Source of the DNA: Christensenellaceae bacterium
Lineage (GTDB): Bacteria > Bacillota > Clostridia > Christensenellales > CALMFG01
NCBI GenBank assembly: GCA_963666035.2
Contig: CAXXJI010000008.1
Span: forward strand, 22,715-86,714
Length of the DNA: 64,000 nt
Reading direction: 5' to 3'
Both the position numbers and the translations under genes were made by a program. The notes under the pieces were generated by a model. That model did not search any database. It saw only the letters and a program-made list of their open reading frames with translations, and was not told the origin of the DNA. Positions 53,147 through 62,947 of this stretch are shown here, in pieces (the first letter of the stretch is position 1; every line of letters begins with the position of its first letter).

Positions 53147-55867
53147 ATGGGAATTACGCGCAATCAAAAAAGCAACCTCGATGATTTTGTTGGCGTTACT
53201 ACATCTATGCTAACGATTGCAGGAGCTTTCCCAGCCCTTGGAGATTTTGGCATTGCGGCAAATGCGCTTTCTGCAGGTTTTGAATTGCTATATATTGCGC
53301 TCCAAAGAGTGGGAGCTTTTCAAATAGACAAAATTAAATCACTGCAGTTGGAATATGAAGAAGTGATTAAAAAATCATTTGATTGCGCTAAAGGGGAATT
53401 TACATCACATAGTACTAAACAACTTTTCGATGAAGTTAATTTAAAAATCAGTAATCAAATTGAACAAAAAGTGCTGGATAAAGATTCATCGCTTGATGAT
53501 ATATATAATGCTGTACTTAAAGCCGTTATGGGATATTATAAAATCGAACAAGAAACACCAAGCGGGAATGGTATTAAATCTTTTTTTGAGCAATTTTGGC
53601 ATTGTTTTGATGTTGAATTGTCGGCAAAGCCGGAACTTTCATCTTACATTCAAATCAAAGAGCTGCGCAAAATCAAAGACCAGATCCAAAAGCATGAAGA
53701 ATGGCTAATTAGGCATGACGAAGAAATCGAAGAAACAAATAGAATTATTAAAGAAAGCACGTTTATACAACATGAAATTGTTTTTAAACGGCCAGGATTG
53801 CCTGTAAAAGAATATGTTGAGCCTGAAGGCATTGTATTTAAAATCGATAGCAAACTTATGCAGGGACGACCACTACTGATTTGCTCGCCGGGTGGTATAG
53901 GTAAATCTGAGTTGTGCAGGAAATACTATGCGGAGAAAAAAGAAGATGGTGAATTTGTATGGTTTAACTTCATCGACTCGATAGAGACAACGCTTTTGTC
54001 TGTTGCTGATCAAAGCAAATTAGCAGACCCAATAATTAGAAGCATGGAACTGAACAGAGTTTTAGAAAAGCTTAAAATATTGGGGAAATCGGCAACGATT
54101 ATTATTGATAATGTGATTTTTATGCGATCAGAAGATGTGGACTTATTATCTAATATGGGATGCAAGATAATAATTTCTTCGCGAGAGAGGCGTGAGGCGC
54201 TGGAGTGCAATCTTGAGAGATTGGAACTGGATTATCTTCCTATCCCGCTATGTCGAGAAGTTTTTAAAAGATACTCGAAAAAAACAGGTTTAGAAAATGA
54301 GATGGTTGAGTTAGATGAGGTGATAAGCCTTGCTGGCCGGCATACGCTAGCGATTCAGCTTCTAGCCAAAATTTTCGCACAATCACCGAAATATAATAAC
54401 CTTAGAACATTATTGAATGAATTAAATGATAATGGATTCATGCTACCGGAATTGGTCACACAGAACCGCGATGACGAATATCGAGAATTTATAGCGCATT
54501 TCAGAAAACTATTTGACCTTGCTGGAGTATCAGATGATGCTGACAAGATGCGCGTTCTGAAAAATATGGCCATTATTGGTTCAACTCCCACGCCGCGTGA
54601 GCAATTGTTTAGATGGATTGGCGAAGAATACCAAAAAGCATATAAGGAGTTGGTGAATAGTAGTTGGATTTCTGAGCAGAATTACATGACAAGTATGCAC
54701 GACATGATAAGCGAAGCGATAAAAGCACAAGCTACGCCAGTATACAGCGAATACAAAAAAATAATTGAGGTTATGGCGGAAGAATTGGAATTTGAAGATA
54801 CAGATGCAGCAAAATACAGACCACAATATTTCCAGCAGAATAGGGCAGTGAGTGAAAATATATTGTTATTTGGAGTACGTAACAAAGAAATTGCTCGGCT
54901 ATATCATAACATTGCTGGTGTATACTTTGATAAGGGTGAGTATGAGTCCTCGCTAGAGTATTATAAACAAGCGTTGGAGATAAGAGAGACAGAGCTGGGC
55001 AAGCAGAACGTTGATACAGCTACGACGTATAATGATATTGGATTAGTCTATAAAATCAAAGGTGAATATGATGAAGCGATAAAATATTATAAAAAAGCTT
55101 TATCAATTAGAGAAGAAGTGTTGGGGAGACTACACTCAGATACCGCAACAGTATATAACAATATTGCAGGAGTAAACGGGGCCAAAGGTGAGAATGATAA
55201 GGCGTTAAAGTACTATATGCAAGCCTTGGAGATATGTGAGGCAGTACTAGGTAAACAGGATCCACTAACAGCAACAACATATAACAACATAGCGATAGTA
55301 TATAAAGCCAAGCGAGACTACAGAAAGGCTCTAAATTACTATCATCAAGCATTAGAGATAAGTGAAGCAGTACTGGGAAAGCAACACCCGAATACCGCTA
55401 CGATGTATAATAATATAGGAATAGTATATAAAATCAAAGGTGAATATGATGAAGCGATAAAATATTATAAACAAGCTTTAGTGATTAGGGAAGCTGTACT
55501 GGGGAAGCAGCATCCATTTACAGCTTCAACATATAATAACATTGCGGGAGTAAAGGGCGCTAAAGGTGAGAATGAAGAAGCGCTAAAGTACTATATGCTG
55601 GCATTGGAGATAAATAAAACCGTGCTAGGTAAACAACATCCGCGAACGGCTACGGTAACTCATAATATTGCAGGAGTATTTAAAGCTATTGGTAAGTATG
55701 AAATTTCACTAGAATATTATAAAAAATCTTATAATGTTTTGCTTGAGGTGCTTAGCAAAGATCATTCCAATACACGTACAGTTTATAAGAATATGAAATT
55801 ATGCTTTATCGAAAGTGGCCGGGACCAAGACAAATTTGAATCGTGGTTGGATGAGAATATTAAATAG
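53147..55867 (+). CDS. STAND (NB-ARC-like) P-loop NTPase with C-terminal TPR array and an unassigned N-terminal domain (Avs/NLR-like)
   Basis: Walker A SPGGIGKSE (53891..53908) and Walker B TIIIDNV. About 9 kinesin-light-chain-type TPRs (TATTYNNIG.VYK.KG.Y.EA..YY..AL.I.E). GGGAG RBS before ATG 53147. Confidence 0.8.
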   Translation: MGITRNQKSNLDDFVGVTTSMLTIAGAFPALGDFGIAANALSAGFELLYIALQRVGAFQIDKIKSLQLEYEEVIKKSFDCAKGEFTSHSTKQLFDEVNLKISNQIEQKVLDKDSSLDDIYNAVLKAVMGYYKIEQETPSGNGIKSFFEQFWHCFDVELSAKPELSSYIQIKELRKIKDQIQKHEEWLIRHDEEIEETNRIIKESTFIQHEIVFKRPGLPVKEYVEPEGIVFKIDSKLMQGRPLLICSPGGIGKSELCRKYYAEKKEDGEFVWFNFIDSIETTLLSVADQSKLADPIIRSMELNRVLEKLKILGKSATIIIDNVIFMRSEDVDLLSNMGCKIIISSRERREALECNLERLELDYLPIPLCREVFKRYSKKTGLENEMVELDEVISLAGRHTLAIQLLAKIFAQSPKYNNLRTLLNELNDNGFMLPELVTQNRDDEYREFIAHFRKLFDLAGVSDDADKMRVLKNMAIIGSTPTPREQLFRWIGEEYQKAYKELVNSSWISEQNYMTSMHDMISEAIKAQATPVYSEYKKIIEVMAEELEFEDTDAAKYRPQYFQQNRAVSENILLFGVRNKEIARLYHNIAGVYFDKGEYESSLEYYKQALEIRETELGKQNVDTATTYNDIGLVYKIKGEYDEAIKYYKKALSIREEVLGRLHSDTATVYNNIAGVNGAKGENDKALKYYMQALEICEAVLGKQDPLTATTYNNIAIVYKAKRDYRKALNYYHQALEISEAVLGKQHPNTATMYNNIGIVYKIKGEYDEAIKYYKQALVIREAVLGKQHPFTASTYNNIAGVKGAKGENEEALKYYMLALEINKTVLGKQHPRTATVTHNIAGVFKAIGKYEISLEYYKKSYNVLLEVLSKDHSNTRTVYKNMKLCFIESGRDQDKFESWLDENIK
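55049..55093 (+). repeat. 45-nt perfect intragenic repeat (TPR unit), copy 1
   Basis: TATAAAATCAAAGGTGAATATGATGAAGCGATAAAATATTATAAA, identical at 55427..55471. Confidence 0.85.
55427..55471 (+). repeat. 45-nt perfect intragenic repeat (TPR unit), copy 2
   Basis: Identical to 55049..55093; offset of 378 nt equals three 42-aa TPR units. Confidence 0.85.
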
Positions 55868-56033
55868 TCTTTTATTTTGGTATTGTTGGATTATTAGCGA
55901 AATTGAGGACACTTTGAGGACAAAAAGTCTCGAAAAGCCCCGAAAAGTGCCGAAAGTACAAACGCGTGTACGTAAAATCAGGCCATTTTGGAAAATCAAT
56001 ATATTGATGCGAACACGCCAATAAAAACACAAA

Positions 56034-56057
56034 AACCACCATATATGGTGGTTTTTC
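56034..56057 (+). terminator. Terminator of the STAND gene
   Basis: AACCACCATatATGGTGGTT plus TTT, directly abutting the att repeat. Confidence 0.6.
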
Positions 56058-56107
56058 TTTGGTACACCCGACAAGATTTGAACTTGCGACCTTACGAGTC
56101 GGAGTCG
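56058..56107. repeat. att repeat (tRNA-proximal copy)
   Basis: Identical to 18282..18331; covers tRNA-Arg from the anticodon stem to CCA plus 2 nt. Confidence 0.9.
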
Positions 56108-56136
56108 TACGCTCTATCCAGCTGAGCTACGGGTGC
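56060..56136 (-). tRNA. tRNA-Arg (anticodon CCG)
   Basis: Manual cloverleaf of 77 nt: acceptor GCACCCG/CGGGTGT (G1-U72), D arm GCTC/GAGC, anticodon stem TACGA/TCGTA with loop CTCCGAC, T arm GCAAG-TTCAAAT-CTTGT, A73 and encoded CCA. Confidence 0.9.
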
Positions 56137-56313
56137 AAATATTGTTTTAGCAGTCTAAACGTTATTATACCGTTATGAGCCACGTACGTCAATTTATAAT
56201 CATAAAATTTATTAAATCGGATTTTTTTGTGCACATTTTGCATGGTGATGAGCTTGGATACAGGCTTTTAACAGGTTATGTTTAAAAAAAGATATAAGTA
56301 TAAAATAAATACC

Positions 56314-56342
56314 TTGCAATAAACAGTAGTGTGTGTTATATT
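56314..56342 (+). promoter_or_regulatory. Candidate sigma-A promoter of the padR operon
   Basis: TTGCAA, 17 nt, TATATT, about 30 nt before the AAGGAGG RBS. Confidence 0.5.
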
Positions 56343-56370
56343 GTATTCAAGCAACATAAGGAGGTGTTCC

Positions 56371-56688
56371 GTGAATATCCAGTTTAAAAAAGGAATTCTG
56401 GAACTGTTAGTTCTCTCTTTGCTCCTTGAAAAAGACAGATACGGGTATGAACTAGTGAACGAGATCTCGAAAAACATATCCATATCCGAAGGGACGATTT
56501 ATCCGCTGCTCAGACGATTAAATAACGACGGATATTTTGAAACGTACTTAAAGGAATCTTCCGAAGGCCCGCCGCGAAAGTATTATCGCATCACAGAAAG
56601 CGGCAAGGAAGCCTTAAAGGATTTAAGCGAAGAATGGGACAAGTTCTTGGTAGGTGTAGGAAAAATTTTAAAAGGAGATAAGAAATGA
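56371..56688 (+). CDS. padR: PadR family transcriptional regulator
   Basis: [21 protein letters not shown]...[13 protein letters not shown] 56371 after AAGGAGG. Confidence 0.85.
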   Translation: MNIQFKKGILELLVLSLLLEKDRYGYELVNEISKNISISEGTIYPLLRRLNNDGYFETYLKESSEGPPRKYYRITESGKEALKDLSEEWDKFLVGVGKILKGDKK

Positions 56689-58349
56689 ATAAAAATGAGT
56701 TTATGAGAAAGCTGAAAGACGGACTTGTTGGTTTAAACCAAACCGACAAGCGCGAGATTCTGCTGGACTATGAAGAACATTTTTTAGACGGCATAAAGCT
56801 TGGCAGAACGGAAGAGGAAATCTGCGAGAGTCTGGGAGATCCGGTTGAGATTGCTGCAAACATTAAAAAAGAAGGAAGAAGCGCGAGCGAGACAGCGAAC
56901 GACGGCGTCAATACCGCCGCTTACATTATTGGTATCATCGCTTTGGCGGTGGGCAGCCTATGGCTGGTTGGATTTGCGTTTAATGTCCTCGGCGCACTAT
57001 TTGGCGCCTTTATCGGTATCTTTGCGGTACTGGCCTTTCCTTTAACAGTGGGCGTCAAGATATTGGCGGTCAGCGCTCTTGTTTTGACCATTGCGGTTTC
57101 GACCATGATTATCCTTGGTCTCATCATGCTTTGCATCATGATTTTACGATGGTTCAAACAGATGATTAACGGCCTTACAAAAGATGAGGATAAAAAGATC
57201 AAACGTGAATTTAAGATGTTCAAGGTAAAAGGCATGGTTTGGGTAACGCTTGCGATTATCGCGGTTCTGGCATTTGGCGGCATCCTGTATGGAGCGCTTT
57301 CCACGGGTGCAGGCGTAGCGCGTGCCGCATTCAACGGCGATTTCAACACGTTTATCAACAGTGTAGAAGGTATGGAAGATATCGACAGTGAATCGGAGTT
57401 TTTCGAATTTGTTGAAGAAAATGAAGATTTTCCTTTTGGACTGATCTTTGATGAAAGCAAAGTCAATGCCAGCGATTTCCGCTTTACTACATGGTTTGGC
57501 GGAAGAAAAATGATCAATCAGACTGAAGGGCTGGACATGACCAATGTGGATACCGTTATCATCAGTGCCGGCTCGGCAGGTATCGACGTGATCGGCGGCG
57601 GCAAGGCGGAGGCCAAACTGACCGGTCGTTCGCGCTACGGGACTGAAAAGCTGGAAGTGAGCAAAAGCGGCTCCATGCTGGAAATCAAAGTTATACCGGC
57701 TTTTGGGCCCTTCAACAACGGATGGGTGAATCTGGACGTAACCTTGCCGGATGAAATACTGGAGAATGTGACCGTAAAGAACGCTTCGGGCAGTATCGAG
57801 GTGGAAGGCGTGATGGCGGAAGCATTGGAGGTGATGGGTTCCTCGGGCAGTATTAAAATTGATGGTGATGGTTACGCATACGATGTGCTCTCGGTGGATA
57901 ATACCTCAGGCAAAATCACTGTGGAGGACGTGACCGACGCACAAGTTGTGTATGTGGAAAATACTTCGGGTACCATCGTCCTTAATAATATTGTGTGTGA
58001 CAGCTTAAAGGTGAAAAACACTTCGGGCCGCATTGAAGGCCAGATGCTGGAAGGTGACATGGAAGTGACCAACACTTCGGGCACCATCAGCCTGTATGCG
58101 GACTTGGGTGAGGGTGCCAGTACGGTGCGGTGTTCATCCGGCCGGATTGAGCTGAGTTTAAAGCAAGAGCCGATGGATATCACAGCCAATGCGACATCAG
58201 GATCAATCAGTGTGGCCGAAAACGAGCTGCTTTTGGTTAGCATGGACAGCCGTACGGGATATGTCGGAGAATATGCTGACGAAAGTGTATCAACGCCCAG
58301 CATTGAAGTCAAAGCCACCAGCGGTAATGTAGACATCCTGTTTCATTAA
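56685..58349 (+). CDS. Membrane protein: DUF1700-like N-terminus, TM block and DUF4097-like beta-helix C-terminus
   Basis: N-terminus [27 protein letters not shown]. Four TM segments. C-terminal repeats NTSG(K/T/R)I. Typical PadR partner. Confidence 0.7.
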   Translation: MNKNEFMRKLKDGLVGLNQTDKREILLDYEEHFLDGIKLGRTEEEICESLGDPVEIAANIKKEGRSASETANDGVNTAAYIIGIIALAVGSLWLVGFAFNVLGALFGAFIGIFAVLAFPLTVGVKILAVSALVLTIAVSTMIILGLIMLCIMILRWFKQMINGLTKDEDKKIKREFKMFKVKGMVWVTLAIIAVLAFGGILYGALSTGAGVARAAFNGDFNTFINSVEGMEDIDSESEFFEFVEENEDFPFGLIFDESKVNASDFRFTTWFGGRKMINQTEGLDMTNVDTVIISAGSAGIDVIGGGKAEAKLTGRSRYGTEKLEVSKSGSMLEIKVIPAFGPFNNGWVNLDVTLPDEILENVTVKNASGSIEVEGVMAEALEVMGSSGSIKIDGDGYAYDVLSVDNTSGKITVEDVTDAQVVYVENTSGTIVLNNIVCDSLKVKNTSGRIEGQMLEGDMEVTNTSGTISLYADLGEGASTVRCSSGRIELSLKQEPMDITANATSGSISVAENELLLVSMDSRTGYVGEYADESVSTPSIEVKATSGNVDILFH

Positions 58350-58367
58350 AGAATAAAAAATCAGAAG

Positions 58368-58393
58368 AGTGTGAACTCGCTTCACACTTTTTT
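58368..58393 (+). terminator. Rho-independent terminator
   Basis: AGTGTGAActcgcTTCACACT plus TTTTT. Confidence 0.7.
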
Positions 58394-58442
58394 ATTTTGC
58401 ACATTTATAGTATAGTATAGAGACGAAAAAAAGGAGAGAAGC

Positions 58443-59528
58443 ATGGCGGAACAGGGTTTGAAAGGCCGCGTGGTTGTGGGCATGAGCGGCGGTGTAGATT
58501 CGGCGGTGGCGGCGTATCAGCTTAAGAAAGCGGGATACGATGTAGTCGGCGTGTTTATGAAAAACTGGGACGAGACGCTGGACAGCGGTGAATGCACGGC
58601 TACAGCCGATTTTCGGGATGTTCAGTCGGTTTGTGATGCCATCGATATCCCTTACTATACGGTCAATTTTCAACAGGAGTATTACGACCGTGTATTTACG
58701 TATTTCTTAGAGGAATACAGAAACGGACGTACGCCTAATCCGGATGTAATGTGCAATTCTGAGATCAAGTTTGACGCTTTTTTGGAATTTGCGTATAAAA
58801 CCGGCGCTTCGACGATCGCAACCGGGCATTACGCCAGATTGGATAAAACCGACGGGATTAAGCTTTTAAAAGGCAAGGACGCAGGGAAAGATCAGTCCTA
58901 TTTTCTCTGTATGCTGACGCAAGACCAGCTAAAGGATGTGGTGTTTCCAGTTGGGGATATGGAGAAGCCTGAGGTGCGCAGGATTGCGGAAGAATTGCAT
59001 CTGTCGGTGGCGGACAAAAAAGACAGTACAGGCATTTGTTTTATCGGTGAACGCAAGTTTAAGGAATTTCTAAAACAGTTTTTGCCCGCCAAACCGGGGG
59101 AGATTCGCAGTATTTCCGGCGAATACATTGGAAAGCATGACGGGCTGATGTATTACACATTGGGGCAGAGACGGGGCTTGGATATTGGCGGACGGGGCAC
59201 AGGCGAGCGATGGTTTGTGGCGGAAAAGGATTTGAAAAAAAATATACTATACGTGGTACAGGGCGATCAAACACCGCTGTATTCCAAAGCGCTGAAAACT
59301 GCGGGGTTTAACTGGATATCCGGAAAAGCGCCGACCAAAGCCTTTGACTGTACCGCCAAGTTCCGGTACCGGCAGGCCGACCAACAAGTGCGTGCGACGC
59401 CGGAAAAAGACGGAACATACATAGAATTTGCAGAACCCCAGCGCGCGGTGACCCCCGGACAATATGCTGTGCTGTATGACGGCGAAGTTTGCCTGGGCGG
59501 CGGGGTGATTAATACCGTTATAAAATAA
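58443..59528 (+). CDS. mnmA: tRNA 2-thiouridine(34) synthase MnmA
   Basis: PP-loop [16 protein letters not shown] and [10 protein letters not shown]. Full-length family architecture. Confidence 0.9.
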   Translation: MAEQGLKGRVVVGMSGGVDSAVAAYQLKKAGYDVVGVFMKNWDETLDSGECTATADFRDVQSVCDAIDIPYYTVNFQQEYYDRVFTYFLEEYRNGRTPNPDVMCNSEIKFDAFLEFAYKTGASTIATGHYARLDKTDGIKLLKGKDAGKDQSYFLCMLTQDQLKDVVFPVGDMEKPEVRRIAEELHLSVADKKDSTGICFIGERKFKEFLKQFLPAKPGEIRSISGEYIGKHDGLMYYTLGQRRGLDIGGRGTGERWFVAEKDLKKNILYVVQGDQTPLYSKALKTAGFNWISGKAPTKAFDCTAKFRYRQADQQVRATPEKDGTYIEFAEPQRAVTPGQYAVLYDGEVCLGGGVINTVIK

Positions 59529-59559
59529 AAGCACTTACGCTCAATAAGTGCTTTAATAA

Positions 59560-60252
59560 TCAATAACCCAAGTACGGGTCTACAATAATGCGGTTCCCTT
59601 TAATGCCCATACTTTTAAGCCGTTTAATATATGCGCTGTTCATTTTGGTCGGGCCGGATACATAATAGTACGCGCGGCTGCCGTATTCGGCGGCCAGATC
59701 ATCGATAATACCCGCAGTGACGTCTCTTTCATGCATAAAGTGCATATCCACATGCTTCCGCTTCTTTTTTTCCAATACATCCTGATACATGTGATATCCG
59801 GATGCGATATGTACCAGATGAATTTTACGGTCTGTATCGGCAAGACCTTGGGTCAGTACAGCCCGTGCCGCTGTGATGCCCGCACCACCTGCGATCAGGA
59901 TTATGGGGGAAGCATCGTCTTTCAATGTGTACCAGCCGAATGGGCCGTGTAAGCGAACCGTTTCACCGGGAGTCAGTGCGGCAAGCGCCTGCTTAAAACC
60001 CGATGCGGGCGTACCGGCATGTGTGCCAATACGTACAATGCCATCTTCGGGCGTGCTCGCGATCGAGAAAGCGCGCCATTTTCTGCCCACAAAGCTTTTG
60101 CTTGGCAGCGTGAAGATGCCATGCTCTCCCGGTCGCCAATTCAATCCGCCCGCACTAAACTCAACGCTGAGATATCCTTCCGGCAGGGGGGTGACCGATT
60201 GCACTATTAAATCATGTGTATTCAAAACACCTTTAAAATCCGATAGTTTCAT
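59560..60252 (-). CDS. Ferredoxin-NADP reductase-like FAD/NAD(P)-binding oxidoreductase
   Basis: RAFSIAS (RxYS-like FAD motif) and ILIAGGAGITA (NAD motif). AAGGAG RBS before ATG 60252. Confidence 0.65.
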   Translation of the reverse strand: MKLSDFKGVLNTHDLIVQSVTPLPEGYLSVEFSAGGLNWRPGEHGIFTLPSKSFVGRKWRAFSIASTPEDGIVRIGTHAGTPASGFKQALAALTPGETVRLHGPFGWYTLKDDASPIILIAGGAGITAARAVLTQGLADTDRKIHLVHIASGYHMYQDVLEKKKRKHVDMHFMHERDVTAGIIDDLAAEYGSRAYYYVSGPTKMNSAYIKRLKSMGIKGNRIIVDPYLGY

Positions 60253-60354
60253 GGCTTTGCTCCTTAATAAAACCTTTTTATAATATGAGTATACAAACAA
60301 AAAAAGACAAAACCAAGCGATTTTGTCAGGATTTACGGCTTATTCAAGTAATGT

Positions 60355-60777
60355 TTAACGTGTGTTCAAATATTGCGCCAGGAGGGCGGGCTGAATGTCG
60401 GGATAGGTGAGATTTTCAGGCAAAACTTCGAAGCATTTGGTTTCGGCGATTTCGCTTTCGGGAAGAGCTCCCAGTGTTTCGATGGATGCGGTATATAGTC
60501 TGCCGTGTTTGGTGACCCCGTCCATTGTCACTGAATAATCACATATCGGAGCGATATGATATTTGGCCGCACCGGTTTCCTCATACAGCTCACGCCGGGC
60601 CGCATCATCGGCCGCTTCTCCCGGTTCAATATGCCCGCCGGGGATCTCCCATGTTATGCGTTCACGATGTCGCACCAGCAGCCACTGTTCTCGGTATTGT
60701 GTGATCATAACGACGTAGGTCAGCAAATGATCTGCGAATCTGCCAACAGGGGAATAAACGATTTCTATCGGCATCAA
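60355..60777 (-). CDS. NUDIX hydrolase
   Basis: Nudix box GGHIEPGEAADDAARRELYEETG. Confidence 0.85.
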   Translation of the reverse strand: MMPIEIVYSPVGRFADHLLTYVVMITQYREQWLLVRHRERITWEIPGGHIEPGEAADDAARRELYEETGAAKYHIAPICDYSVTMDGVTKHGRLYTASIETLGALPESEIAETKCFEVLPENLTYPDIQPALLAQYLNTR

Positions 60778-61481
60778 TAATCGGCCTCATCTTTCAGTGC
60801 AAAATCCACAGCGGCTGTTGCATGCAATAGCGTGGTGTTGAAAAGCGGCACCGATACATCCGACGACCCAATCAGCAGCGGGATTTCGGTACAGCCCAAT
60901 ATGACGCCCTCGGCACCTTCGCCGACAAGGCGGTCAATGATGGCGGTATATTTTTGCCGTGAAGCATCTGAGATGATGCCTTGGATCAGCTCGTTAAAAA
61001 TAACCGCGTGAATCACTTCGCGTTCATCGGCTTTTGGGATCATCACATCAAGCCCGTATTTTTCTTCAAGGATACGGGTGTAAAAATCGCCCTCCATCAC
61101 ATATTTGGTACCAAGCAGGACGACTTTTTTTATACCCTGACGAACAACAGCTTTACCTGTGACGTCTGCGATATGCAGAACGGATATGCCCGCATTTTTT
61201 GCGACAGCAGGGGCCATGCGGTGCATGGTGTTGGCGCAGATGACGATAAAATCGGCGCCTGCGGTTTTCAGCGCTTTGGCCCGCATCACCATAATGTCCG
61301 ACAGCTCATCCCAGCGCCCGGCGGTCTGCAGCTCTTCCACCTCGGCAAAATTAAACGAATACATGAGGATTTCGGCTGACACGGTGCCGCCAAGCCTGTT
61401 TTGCGTTTCTCGATTGATGATATCGTAATACTGGGCGGTGGATTCAAACGAAAGTCCGCCGATCATGCCGATGGTCTTCAT
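60774..61481 (-). CDS. Aspartate/glutamate racemase family protein
   Basis: IGMIGGLSFEST, ICANTMH and LGCTEIPLL (two catalytic Cys regions). Confidence 0.8.
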   Translation of the reverse strand: MKTIGMIGGLSFESTAQYYDIINRETQNRLGGTVSAEILMYSFNFAEVEELQTAGRWDELSDIMVMRAKALKTAGADFIVICANTMHRMAPAVAKNAGISVLHIADVTGKAVVRQGIKKVVLLGTKYVMEGDFYTRILEEKYGLDVMIPKADEREVIHAVIFNELIQGIISDASRQKYTAIIDRLVGEGAEGVILGCTEIPLLIGSSDVSVPLFNTTLLHATAAVDFALKDEADY

Positions 61482-61915
61482 AGCATCTCCTTTTCGTGCG
61501 GGTCATCGTGATTGACGAAATAGAACATGCCTGCTGATTCGGGTGCGGTCAGCTTAAATCCAAACTTCTCATAGAGGTATTTAGTATCACCTTCAGCGAT
61601 CAGGCTGATATAACATGTATCGGGAAGATGATGGTCGATATAGTGCATAATGTGGCTTAAGATCATTCTGCCGACGCCCTGATTTTGGTTTTCAGGCAGC
61701 ACGCAGATATCCACTACCTGGCAGGCTGTACCGCCGTCGCCGATCAGCCGCCCCATTCCGATGACGGTTTCGTGGTTTTTGACCAACACCGAATACAGTG
61801 TGTTTTTAAGCCCTGCTTCCGCTGCCTCTGCGGATTTAGCCGAAAGTCCGCACGCTGCACGGGTTTCGCGGTAGATATCGACCGGGATGGGTTGTTCCAA
61901 AACATGATATTTCAT
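61478..61915 (-). CDS. GNAT family N-acetyltransferase
   Basis: Acetyl-CoA motif ENQNQGVGRMIL; 145 aa. Confidence 0.8.
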   Translation of the reverse strand: MKYHVLEQPIPVDIYRETRAACGLSAKSAEAAEAGLKNTLYSVLVKNHETVIGMGRLIGDGGTACQVVDICVLPENQNQGVGRMILSHIMHYIDHHLPDTCYISLIAEGDTKYLYEKFGFKLTAPESAGMFYFVNHDDPHEKEML

Positions 61916-61967
61916 ATAAGCTTCCTTTTCGTATATTTACAGTTAAAATCTATCATTCAACTTGACG

Positions 61968-62831
61968 TTATTTTAACATATTTTTGAGCGTAATATCAGG
62001 GTGATGATACTTGATGTTTTCTTTTCGGCTCCAATGCTGCACCGCGCCTGCCGGGCACCATTCGTCACAGGCAAAGCACATCTCGCAAGCATGCTGAAAA
62101 ACAGGCGTTTTCGCAGTGATTTTGATATTTTCCGCCGGACAAACTTTTGCGCAGATGCCGCATCCCGTACATTGGTCATTGACCGCGATACTTTTGTCGG
62201 TTAGGGGAATCAGTTCATAAACGCTTAAAGACAAATCATCGGTCTGCGCTTTCTCCCGCAGGGCGTTCATAGCCAGCGGGCCGATCGCCTTGAAAACCGG
62301 TTTCATCAGCCAGAGAAAAATGGTTTTTAAAATGGGGAAACGGGTTTTGCTGTTGCAGTCAAGCTGACGGCAGATTTTTTCTATTTTGCGCTTGCTTTTG
62401 TTGATGATTTTGCCGCTGTGTTTTTGAATTGGAATCGGGATATGGTCGTAATCGAGATTATTCATGGGCAGACGCACCGAGTAAGACGCGCGGCAATGCC
62501 CGCCGGCAGATTTAACCGCTTTTTCAAATGCCTGCAGTGCGGGCAGGGCATTAACACTGCGGTATCCACCGCAGGTGCATACCGCAAAAATACGGTTCTG
62601 ATCCGATAGTTCAAGCGCTTGAATAAACCGAAGCACGATGCTGGGAAGTCCGGCGATAGGAGCAAGATAGGCGGGAAAGACGATACCGATACGGTCGGCA
62701 TCACAATTCGTTTTTTTGGCGCGCATCGCTTCGGGTATGGATATCAAACCGGCATCCAGATGCTTTGCGATTTTTTGGGCGACAGCCAGCGAGTTGCCGG
62801 TGCCTGAGAAGTAGAATATCGCGGTTGACAA
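61968..62831 (-). CDS. EFR1-family flavodoxin-like / 4Fe-4S ferredoxin fusion
   Basis: IFYFSGTGNS N-terminus, with CTGCGICAKVCP and CEMCFACDEWCP clusters. Confidence 0.75.
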   Translation of the reverse strand: MSTAIFYFSGTGNSLAVAQKIAKHLDAGLISIPEAMRAKKTNCDADRIGIVFPAYLAPIAGLPSIVLRFIQALELSDQNRIFAVCTCGGYRSVNALPALQAFEKAVKSAGGHCRASYSVRLPMNNLDYDHIPIPIQKHSGKIINKSKRKIEKICRQLDCNSKTRFPILKTIFLWLMKPVFKAIGPLAMNALREKAQTDDLSLSVYELIPLTDKSIAVNDQCTGCGICAKVCPAENIKITAKTPVFQHACEMCFACDEWCPAGAVQHWSRKENIKYHHPDITLKNMLK

Positions 62832-62947
62832 ACGTTTATATTCCTTTTACTTTGCATTGAATTAAATATCTATAAATAAATTATACCACAAAAAAAAGAA
62901 ACCGATTTTGGTTTCTTACAGCCATATCGAATTCGGATTGTTAAATA

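Larger units (their letters stand above)
18282..56107. mobile_element. Integrated siphovirus-like temperate prophage (~37.8 kb) in tRNA-Arg(CCG)
   Basis: 50-bp direct repeats. Carries integrase, CI/Cro switch, Rep, complete HK97-type head and tail modules and a lysis cassette, with host terminators directly outside both repeats. Confidence 0.85.

Noticed and set aside
54890-55800. Regular ~126-nt periodic repeats, considered as a possible CRISPR-like or satellite array
   Set aside because: The periodicity equals 42-aa TPR units inside one long intact ORF. There are no unique spacers and no cas genes. The same reasoning applies to the 210-nt repeats at 200..830 (InlB-type repeats) and the 141-nt repeats in ltp.
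50958-56057. A separate satellite or genomic island integrated in tandem with the prophage
   Set aside because: There is no second integrase and no third copy of the att repeat. The sibling prophage arm at 1..1735 shows the same layout (80-aa gene, cargo, 24-nt motif, att), so this block is best read as the variable right arm of the phage.
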